The translations under genes and the position numbers were made by a program. The notes below the pieces were generated by a model. It was not told the origin of the DNA, did no database searches, and worked only from the letters and a program-made list of their open reading frames with translations. A DNA stretch of 64,000 nt from an uncultured bacterium (lineage in GTDB: Bacteria > Patescibacteriota > Minisyncoccia > UBA6257 > 2-01-FULL-56-20): contig CAVYIK010000003.1 of NCBI GenBank assembly GCA_963768625.1, positions 390,715-454,714 on the forward strand, written 5' to 3'. Each line of letters starts with the position of its first letter. The first letter of the stretch is position 1. Shown here piece after piece: positions 27,016 through 34,365 of this stretch.

Positions 27016-27779
27016 TTGCAAAAGAATCACTACAGACATTAGCGCGAAATTATCAGACGAGCGAATTCCCCAATATTGTGCGGGAGTATTATCAGCATCT
27101 TTTTCTTTCGCAAATGTATAGGTTGAATGGGGCGGAAAAACTTCTTTTCAAGGGAGGGACTGCTCTGCGGATTGTTTACGGAAGCCCCCGTTTTTCAGAA
27201 GACCTTGATTTTTCTCTTTTTGGCGTCCCCGTGCATGAAACGAAAAAATATGTCGAAGATATATTCGTGAAGATTCTCGCAGAGATTGAGAGTCAGGGTA
27301 TAAAGGTGGATATCGGTGAAAAATCAGGCTCGACCAGCGGGGGATACTTCGGCATCGCTTCCTTCAAGACCGTTGATTATCAGCCGGTTAATGTGGAAAT
27401 AAATATATCTTCAAGAAACGGGAGAAATATTCAGGGCGAAGTAGACAGCGTAGCTAATAGTTTTGTGCCAAATTACACCCTCGTTCATTTGCCCCAAGGT
27501 GAACTAGTTGAGGAAAAGGTTTTTGGTGCGCTCCGTGAGCGGAAGAAGCCGCGAGATTATTATGATCTCTATTTCATTATGCGGCGAGGAATGCTTTCGC
27601 CAGATCAAAAAAAGCGGCTTGGAGAGATTAGTGCAACCATTATTTCAGAAGCAAACGCTATAGATTTCAAAGGGGAGCTTGGAGCGTTCCTACCGGCTGA
27701 TCAACAAGCAATTATACGTGACTTTCCACGCGCACTTGGTCAAGAAATGGACCGTCAACTTTCTTCGTTATCACATTAA
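27012..27779 (+). CDS. AbiEii/AbiGii-family nucleotidyltransferase toxin
   Basis: LLFKGGTALRIVYGSPRFSEDLDFSL is the family NTase motif. A C-terminal KPRDYYDLYF motif is also present. Confidence 0.75.
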   Translation: MIAKESLQTLARNYQTSEFPNIVREYYQHLFLSQMYRLNGAEKLLFKGGTALRIVYGSPRFSEDLDFSLFGVPVHETKKYVEDIFVKILAEIESQGIKVDIGEKSGSTSGGYFGIASFKTVDYQPVNVEINISSRNGRNIQGEVDSVANSFVPNYTLVHLPQGELVEEKVFGALRERKKPRDYYDLYFIMRRGMLSPDQKKRLGEISATIISEANAIDFKGELGAFLPADQQAIIRDFPRALGQEMDRQLSSLSH

Positions 27780-27833
27780 ACAGGTCCGAACGTCGTGCGC
27801 GCGAAGGGGGAATGTATTTAAAAATACTTTGCC

Positions 27834-28001
27834 ATGAAATACTCCGAAAAGCTCGTACAAGACTGCCGGGAGTACTATATGAAACGCGGCGTCGCCATCT
27901 CCGGGGAAACGGCGGAGCAATTTCTTGATACCCTTGCAGATCTTTGGGATTGCCTGGCTAAATCGCTAAAACGGAAGTCCAGCTCTCAGTCTAAGTCCTA
28001 A
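27834..28001 (+). CDS. possible small ORF (55 aa)
   Basis: MKYSEKLVQDCREYYMKRGVAISGETAEQFLDTLADLWDCLAKSLKRKSSSQSKS, found by manual translation. No motif recognised. Confidence 0.25.
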   Translation: MKYSEKLVQDCREYYMKRGVAISGETAEQFLDTLADLWDCLAKSLKRKSSSQSKS

Positions 28002-28148
28002 AATCGCATTTGTTCGAATCCTGGCCTGTGCACAGACTTGAGCATCCGTTCGAGGGAGCGGGATGCCTCAAAATATAAATGAGTTTTTGAACGTCGTATT
28101 AGGACAATCCGACTTCACAAAACTCTGAAGATGGCATAGGATAAAGCC

Positions 28149-29531
28149 ATGGAAAAATTCCCGACGCAACCGGGTAACGAAAGGGAGAAATCCGAGGGAT
28201 CGGTTGAGCACCCTGCGCTCCGTGAAAAATCTAACACTGAGCTTTTTGCGATCCGACTCATGGAAGATGAATTAAGGTCGTATGAAAAGAATTGGGAAGT
28301 CGGTGGGACGCTTGGAGCTGGAGAGAAAAGAAACATAGGCACAATGAGACAAACCCTCCAAGAGGGCGACTACACCCTTGTCTTGGGCCAACTTTTCTCT
28401 GAAAAGGGAGCACTCTTGGAGAATAAAGAAAATCCTGATTCCAAGTTTAATGCCGACGCCAGAGTTAGAGACATTGATCGGATCATCAAGACTTTGGGAT
28501 ACCAAGAATTTCCCGAAGCCAAAAAAGTTACAGAGCAGGACGTTGCGATATATCTCGATTCAATGGCGAGGGAGTTGGCCGACTTTGGGCGAAATCATGG
28601 CGGAGATATAAAATATATGAAAAAGATGATGCAGGAATCGGATTCATATCTGCAGTTATCGAACGAGATACTGAACCCATCCGGAGAAAATGGAGAAATG
28701 AGCGAAGAAGCTCGGAAGAAAGTTTATGAGGTGCTTCAGCAAAAGGAAATAGGATTCCGTTCGCGCAGAGCCGGAAGCGAGTATGCCACAATGGCCAATG
28801 GCGAGGGTAATTTGGAAGCATATCGAAATCCGTCTCCGCAAACTGAAATCCAGATTAAAGATCTTAAAAAAGAAATCGAGCAGGCGCTGAGAGTGGGGGC
28901 GATGGCAAATTTATTTGAGAAAAGCCCAGAAGGCGGCGCTGGGAAAGAAGCTAAAGAAGCTGAAGAGCGTGAGCGCAAACTACAGCAACTTCGCTCTGAA
29001 ATGCAGAGAACCGCACAGCCCCTCGATCGTCCTCAATCTGAAGAAGAGAGATTGAGAGAATCTAGGAATAAAATTGATAGTATGACTATCAATGCTGGAG
29101 TAAAAAAACAAGAAAAAAAAGAGGAGCTGCCAGGAAATCTCGGTAAGATAAAGCATGTTTTAAATAATTACGTTGAACAGTCGACGGGCCGTCCATCAAA
29201 CCAAGTGGACAGTATGACCCCCGCTGTTGAGGGTTTTAAAATGGCCTACCCGGAAGAAAATGATTGCTTATCCAGAATAAATGAGGTCGCCAAAATCTAT
29301 GGAACCAGAGTGCAGGAAGAATTAAAAACAGACGCAAGAAACGAAGGAGGGTATGCGAAGAACAGGGCGCTTGAATATATTGTGAGTTCCGTTCTGACCC
29401 AACAGGAAAGAGCAGCTTTTGATAGGGTTGCGAAGCAAGAAGAACAAAGACAATACACTCCGGGTATGCGTATGGTTGGGATCGTTCCTTTAAAAACATC
29501 CTTGCGAGATCTTTTTGAGGCCATAGCTTAA
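28149..29531 (+). CDS. hypothetical highly charged protein, 460 aa
   Basis: Intact ORF, rich in E/K/R coiled-coil-like segments. No recognisable domain. It is convergent with the second recombinase, with a 4-nt gap. Confidence 0.55.
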   Translation: MEKFPTQPGNEREKSEGSVEHPALREKSNTELFAIRLMEDELRSYEKNWEVGGTLGAGEKRNIGTMRQTLQEGDYTLVLGQLFSEKGALLENKENPDSKFNADARVRDIDRIIKTLGYQEFPEAKKVTEQDVAIYLDSMARELADFGRNHGGDIKYMKKMMQESDSYLQLSNEILNPSGENGEMSEEARKKVYEVLQQKEIGFRSRRAGSEYATMANGEGNLEAYRNPSPQTEIQIKDLKKEIEQALRVGAMANLFEKSPEGGAGKEAKEAEERERKLQQLRSEMQRTAQPLDRPQSEEERLRESRNKIDSMTINAGVKKQEKKEELPGNLGKIKHVLNNYVEQSTGRPSNQVDSMTPAVEGFKMAYPEENDCLSRINEVAKIYGTRVQEELKTDARNEGGYAKNRALEYIVSSVLTQQERAAFDRVAKQEEQRQYTPGMRMVGIVPLKTSLRDLFEAIA

Positions 29532-29535
29532 TCGA

Positions 29536-30876
29536 TTATTTTTCTATCCGCACCACCTTGCTTGCCAATATGAGCTTACTTCTGAGGCACGTTAGAAATT
29601 CACGCTTCTCAATCATCGTCCCTTCGCGCAGCGCATATGCAGCATAGTCCTTAAGTTTGATATGCTTTTGCTTTGATTTTGATGCTTCTTTCGTCCCGAA
29701 AAAATTCTTTTGGAATTTGTTGATCCTCTCGACTTCATCCTCAAACTTTTGCCGCATATGCATCTCACTGAGGTCAAGCTGGTCAATAATTTTCACAAGT
29801 TGCTCGATAAGGTCCTCTTCTCGTATATATCCGCATTTGCAGTTTTTATCCCGCGATCGCGTACAACCGTAATAGACATAGCGGTGGGTATTACCGTTTT
29901 TCTGTTCTTTGAATTTCTCGTCAGCAGTAACGCCCGATCCGCAGAGGCCGCAGGTGATGAGCTTCGTGAATGCGAACTCCTTCAGTTCCGATCTCACGAT
30001 CTTGTCACGCCTCAATTGTTCGATGGCTTTTTCAAATAATTCTTTCGTGATGAGCGGCTCATGTTTGCCCTGATACCAATTGCCGCTCTTTTCTGGATAT
30101 TCGAAGATGCCGTAATAAAATGGATTTTGAAGGAGGAGATAGATATTGCTCAGCGAAAAATCCTTACCTGTTCTCGTCTTGAATTTCAGGTCTTGCTTGA
30201 GCCATCGGAAGATTTTTCGGCCGGACCATTGTTCATTAGCGACCTTCTCAAAAATCTGTTTCACGATATGCCCTCGTTCGGGATCTATAATTACTTGGCA
30301 CTTACGATCACGATTCTTTTCGTTCAAATATCCCGTTGGTGCAACGCCAGGTCGCAGTCCCATCTCACATCTCGCACGTAGCCCACGTTTCACATTCTCG
30401 ACTTTATTATCATTTTCGAGCTTCGCCTGCGAACAAAGTATCATCAGCATGAACTTCTCGTTCGGAGAGTCCGCAAACTTCTGATTAAACGTTCGTATTT
30501 CAAGAAGTAGTTTTTGATCCATAAGATCGACGAGTGCACCAAGGTCGCCCGCGTTCCGCGATAGCCGATCCGGCGCCCACGTAAGGATGCCCGTAAACTT
30601 GCCGGAGCGAATATCAAGGACGATCTCGTTGAAAACTTCTCTCTGTCCGACCGCTTTCGCCGAATGACTCTCTCGCTTGATGTCCGTAATTTCCAACCTA
30701 TCCCGATCCGCGATCTTCAGCATCTCCTTGATCTGTGAATCGATGGAAAGAACCTGCTGTTCCTCCGACTCAGTGCTTTTTCTTGCGTAGAGGCAATACC
30801 TCGTTTTCACTTCGACCTTTGCCGTTTGGATGCCCGATTGACTCGAACCCCTTCCTACGATTTGTGCGTTCTCCAT
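29536..30876 (-). CDS. second serine recombinase (recombinase-family protein), 446 aa
   Basis: Catalytic N-terminus YCLYARKSTESEEQQVLSIDSQ...APDRLSRN, recombinase domain, and zinc ribbon CGLCGSGVTADEKF...YYGCTRSRDKNCKC. Confidence 0.85.
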   Translation of the reverse strand: MENAQIVGRGSSQSGIQTAKVEVKTRYCLYARKSTESEEQQVLSIDSQIKEMLKIADRDRLEITDIKRESHSAKAVGQREVFNEIVLDIRSGKFTGILTWAPDRLSRNAGDLGALVDLMDQKLLLEIRTFNQKFADSPNEKFMLMILCSQAKLENDNKVENVKRGLRARCEMGLRPGVAPTGYLNEKNRDRKCQVIIDPERGHIVKQIFEKVANEQWSGRKIFRWLKQDLKFKTRTGKDFSLSNIYLLLQNPFYYGIFEYPEKSGNWYQGKHEPLITKELFEKAIEQLRRDKIVRSELKEFAFTKLITCGLCGSGVTADEKFKEQKNGNTHRYVYYGCTRSRDKNCKCGYIREEDLIEQLVKIIDQLDLSEMHMRQKFEDEVERINKFQKNFFGTKEASKSKQKHIKLKDYAAYALREGTMIEKREFLTCLRSKLILASKVVRIEK

Positions 30877-30948
30877 ACCTCAATGGATGACGCACTGGCC
30901 GGGGAAGTCCAGGCCCTCATTACAAGGTCACAAAGAGGCCGAAGAGGC

Positions 30949-31206
30949 AAATGAGACAGTGACTTATCCTGTGTCTCATTCTGACTATGCTCAACAGCCC
31001 TTGGTTTTCCTATATAAAATGCCACCGGGACCCAAATGAGACACATTTCTGAAGTACCCGTTTTTGTGTCTCATTTGTCTCATTTGCTTTTTGGGACGGT
31101 GGGAATGGAACACAAACGGGACGCCCTGTTGTGTCCCATTTGTTCCGTTTTCGCCCTAAATGTTACACTCAGCAAAAGGGCAAAGTAGTGTAACATTTGT
31201 AACATT
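30949..31206. repeat. four inverted-repeat modules AAATG-NNN-ACAC / GTGT-NNN-CATT(TGT-NNN-CATT) with a module-specific central triplet
   Basis: Module 0 at 30949-30980, module 1 at 31034-31086, module 2 at 31103-31150, module 3 at 31158-31206. Details are in the findings. Confidence 0.8.
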
Positions 31207-31363
31207 CAGACCCGCCCGAGACACCTCGATTGTCGGATCGCTCCGGCCCCTCAAAAGACCCCATGAAACCTATCGTCGAAATTTGCGAGACCGGGTAAGG
31301 GCCCTGTTTCGTTGACTTAGTTTTTGGGCTGCATTAGGGTGGGAAGGTAGTTTGGAGGGTCAA

Positions 31364-31594
31364 ATGGGCTCTAGCTCCTTGGATGTTCAATGCTTGAGCT
31401 GCGAACGAGCTCGCTCTAGTTACAGTGGAAAACCGTTCGTACCTCCGGGTGGATCGTGTAACGATCTGTTCTGGACTTGTCATTGCGGCCAGATGTGGTT
31501 TCAGGGAAACAACTATTATCACCTTTGGCAGCCAGTGACTCCCGAGCAAGCCGATGCATTTCGAAGGGATTTGAACTCCCCTTCGGATTATTAA
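31364..31594 (+). CDS. small cysteine-rich (zinc-ribbon-like) protein, 76 aa
   Basis: GGAGG lies 5 nt upstream of the ATG at 31364. The protein has CLSC...C...CHC cysteines and is followed by a terminator. Confidence 0.5.
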   Translation: MGSSSLDVQCLSCERARSSYSGKPFVPPGGSCNDLFWTCHCGQMWFQGNNYYHLWQPVTPEQADAFRRDLNSPSDY

Positions 31595-31617
31595 TCCATA
31601 TCCATCACGGGGAGACC

Positions 31618-31645
31618 GGCCGCTTAGCGATAGGCGGCCTTTTTA
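31618..31645 (+). terminator. rho-independent terminator
   Basis: Stem GGCCGC/GCGGCC with a 10-nt loop, followed by TTTTTATT. Confidence 0.6.
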
Positions 31646-31683
31646 TTCAAAATCGTTCGAACATCGTCCAGGCCTGTGCACCA

Positions 31684-32376
31684 TTATCGAAGCGCTCTCA
31701 TTTCCGCCTCGGCCACACGCTTAATCCCATCAACTAGTCCTCCTACCTCTTTCTCGTCAGGGACAGGCTTTTTGACAAGATAGCTTTCTTTGTCTTGCAG
31801 GATAGGTTTCAAGAACTTTTTAATCTCGACGAGCTTGCAGAAGTGCTCGACGGAGACGTTGTAGCTTTCGATAAAGTCATCCACGACCTCATAATGGTTT
31901 GAGATCTCCTTCATTGTTTTCGGATCAAACAGCGGCACACCATATAGTTCTTGGCTAATCTCTGCAGTGGCCTCCCGGTAGGCATAAAAGTCTCTTGATT
32001 GCGCGGAGAGCATGGATACGTATTTCTTAAGACGCTCAAACCTCTCTGTTCTTTTTTCCTTGGAGAGTGTTTCGTCGGCATCTACGACCACCCTCTCCCA
32101 ATGATGGTTCAGAAACAAGTAGCAGGCATAGGTACGCAATTTTTCAGTTTCAATTTCCCTAACCCATAGAGCGTTCGCCCATCGGTAAAGCAGTACGCGA
32201 CGCGTGTATTCCTCCCATGCCTTCCTATCGTCGAAACGGAGGATAGCTTGCCGTTCCGATTCTGAAATCAAAGACTTCTCGCCTGCCACCTCTCTTTGAA
32301 AATCAGGGACGATGAGCTTGTACCGTTCTTCAGCGGAGAGCGTCGGCGCTAGCTTGATGAGATCTGGTGTTTGCAT
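31684..32376 (-). CDS. hypothetical protein, 230 aa
   Basis: Intact ORF in an operon with the 126-aa gene (3-nt gap). No recognised domain. Confidence 0.5.
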   Translation of the reverse strand: MQTPDLIKLAPTLSAEERYKLIVPDFQREVAGEKSLISESERQAILRFDDRKAWEEYTRRVLLYRWANALWVREIETEKLRTYACYLFLNHHWERVVVDADETLSKEKRTERFERLKKYVSMLSAQSRDFYAYREATAEISQELYGVPLFDPKTMKEISNHYEVVDDFIESYNVSVEHFCKLVEIKKFLKPILQDKESYLVKKPVPDEKEVGGLVDGIKRVAEAEMRALR

Positions 32377-32378
32377 AG

Positions 32379-32759
32379 TTACTTCTTTATCCTCACTTTT
32401 CGCTCCAGGATGATGCTGTTCACGAGATCCATCTTCTCGTCCAATTCCCCAACCTCAAGGGCCTTGAGGGCTATATTCGCCAAATAACCGATACAATTGG
32501 CCTTCTGGTGGGTCATGGGTTCGGTCCGGATACGGTTAATGGTGTCTTCAATCAGGGCAAGTACTCCCTCAATGTTCCTCACCGGAATGACCGTCAGAGC
32601 TCCCGCCTCCTTCCTGGGCTTCGGGGATAGGGCGCCCTTCCTGATAGCCGCCTCCCGCTGCTCCTTGGCGTCGGGATTGTGGATGAAGCAGTAATCCGCC
32701 CCGGTCATGGGGTTTGCTTTGCAGGGACTGCCGTCTGGCTTTATATATTGGCAATTCAT
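32379..32759 (-). CDS. hypothetical protein with an N-terminal Cys/His knuckle, 126 aa
   Basis: MNCQYIKPDGSPCKANPMTGADYCFIHNP (C-x10-C-x10-C-x2-H). It is the first gene inside the right end of the element. Confidence 0.5.
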   Translation of the reverse strand: MNCQYIKPDGSPCKANPMTGADYCFIHNPDAKEQREAAIRKGALSPKPRKEAGALTVIPVRNIEGVLALIEDTINRIRTEPMTHQKANCIGYLANIALKALEVGELDEKMDLVNSIILERKVRIKK

Positions 32760-32871
32760 TGGATTTGGCTAGGAGGGGTGGGGATGGATATATCGTGAGA
32801 GGGGGTGTGGGGTAAACTCGCGGTTCGTGCCTTTCTTCTAGGAATGGTGAGGGTAAATTGGAAGGGATACC

Positions 32872-32912
32872 CTATGTCGTACCTGTGTCCATGCAATAAA
32901 TATTGTCGGCCT
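32872..32912. other. attR (element right end / comM 3' side)
   Basis: CTATGTCGTACCTGTGTCCATGC|AATAAATATTGTCGGCC. The CATGC core is at 32890-32894. Confidence 0.65.
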
Positions 32913-34347
32913 CGCCGATAAAGCACTGAACGAAGCGAAAGAGCGGGTGAACTCGGCCTTAAAAAATTCCGGCGCGAAACCGCCGAATCGGGAGAATAGG
33001 AAGATCACCGTAAATCTCGCGCCGGCCGACGTCAAAAAGGCGGGGTCGCATTATGATCTCGCCATCGCACTCGGCTACCTCTCGGCGACAAAGCAGATCA
33101 GGCCGTTCAACGCGGCGAGAAAGATCTTCGTCGGAGAGCTCGCGCTTGATGGGCGACTGCGCCCCGTGAATGGGGCACTGAACATTGCCCAGATGGCGCG
33201 CGACCTTGGCTTTGAATATTTTTTCCTGCCGAGATGGAACGCGGATGAAGCCGCGGTCATACGGGGGATAAAAATAATCCCGCTCGAACATTTGTGCGAC
33301 GCCATTGATTTTCTTGAGGGAAGGGGACCAGCCCCGGCCCCGTCCACGTCGTCCGTTTCACCCGGGGCGCAAGCGGCATCTGCGCCACCCGAAGAGGCGT
33401 GCCCCGACCTTTCAGAGATAATCGCTCAAGAAAACGCCAAGCGGGCGCTCACGATCGCTGCCGCGGGCGGTCACAACATCCTCATGATCGGGCCTCCTGG
33501 CGTAGGGAAGAGTATGCTCGCACGCGCGCTCGCTGGCATCCTTCCCGATCTCGCGTCGGCCGAAGCCATAGAGATCACGAAGGTTTGGAGTGCGGCGGGG
33601 CTTTCGCCGGGGCATCTCATGCGCGAACGCCCATTCCGCGCGCCGCACCAAACGGCGTCCGTGACGGCAATGGTGGGTGGCGGGCAGGATCCGCGGCCAG
33701 GCGAGATAAGTCTTGCGCACCGAGGCATCCTTTTCCTTGATGAGCTGCCCGAGTTCCCGAAGAACGTGCTTGAAGCCCTGCGCGAGCCCATGGAATCAGG
33801 CATTGTGCGCATCGCAAGGGCGAAGCAGATCCTCACCCTGCCGGCAAAATTCGCGCTCGTTGCCGCGATGAACCCCTGCCCATGCGGTTATTACGGCGAT
33901 GCCGAGCGAACCTGCACGTGCACCGCTTACGAGGTCATACGTTATCAAAAGAAAATATCAGGGCCGCTGCTTGACCGTATTGATCTCCAGATAAAAGTAG
34001 GGCGTGTGAAGGTGAGCGAGCTGCGGAGAGGGAAGTGGCGCGCGCCCGCAAGTCCGGGCGTCAAAAAACAGATCGAGGCCGCGCGGAAGGTGCAGGAAAA
34101 ACGATTCGCATCCTTGAGTATAATCGTGAATGCAGAAATGAGTTCGCGGGAGGCACAGGCGATGGCTCAACTCGCGCCGCGCGCGGAAAAGTTTCTGGAA
34201 ACGCTTGACCGGAGCCGCATTTCCCCGCGCGCATATTATCGGATCATCAAAGTCGCCCGGACCATCGCCGACATTGAGGGGAGTGAATGCACTTCCGCGG
34301 AACACCTCGCCGAAGCATTCAGTTACCGCCTAAAGGAAGATTATTAA
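32895..34347 (+). pseudogene. comM: comM 3' fragment (Mg-chelatase-like AAA+ competence helicase, about 483 codons)
   Basis: INIVGLADKALNEAKERVNSALKNSGAKPPNRENRKITVNLAPADVKKAGSHYDLAIALGYL, Walker A GPPGVGKSML, Walker B GILFLDELPEF and the C-terminal ComM region. It is in the same frame as the 5' fragment. An internal ATG at 32947 gives the tracked 466-aa ORF. Confidence 0.9.
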
Positions 34348-34365
34348 ATGATGCCTGGCACGCCG

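Larger units (their letters stand above)
14874..32894. mobile_element. 18,021-bp integrative element inserted in comM (large-serine-recombinase type; no virion genes seen)
   Basis: Flanked by the two halves of comM. An identical CATGC core lies at 14869-14873 and 32890-32894. GC falls from about 60% to about 42%. A serine recombinase sits at the left end, and all internal ORFs are intact. Confidence 0.85.

Noticed and set aside
31036-31188. 50-aa ORF (MRHISEVPVFVSHLSHLL...) spanning modules 1-3; each left arm contains an ATG
   Set aside because: There is no Shine-Dalgarno. The module-3 ATG is out of frame with the others, and the ATGs are part of the constant AATG arm sequence on both strands. 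The ORF is more likely incidental.
30949-31206. Mini-CRISPR array, or anti-CRISPR repeat mimic, as an interpretation of the module array
   Set aside because: The repeat units are only 9-11 nt and are arranged as inverted pairs with a variable core. Their spacing is irregular (85, 69 and 55 bp), and there are no cas genes or leader in the window.
14874-32894. Calling the element a prophage
   Set aside because: No terminase, portal, capsid, tail or lysis signatures are visible, so it is reported as a generic integrative element. Remote-homology searches could change this.
32871-32894. Similarity between the element right end (TGTGTCCAT) and the module-2 right arm (TGTGTCCCAT), and between the left end (AGACAG) and module 0
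   Set aside because: Only 6-9 nt match, and the arm orientation at the reconstructed attP is opposite to that in the modules. This is too weak to link the modules to the comM att sites.
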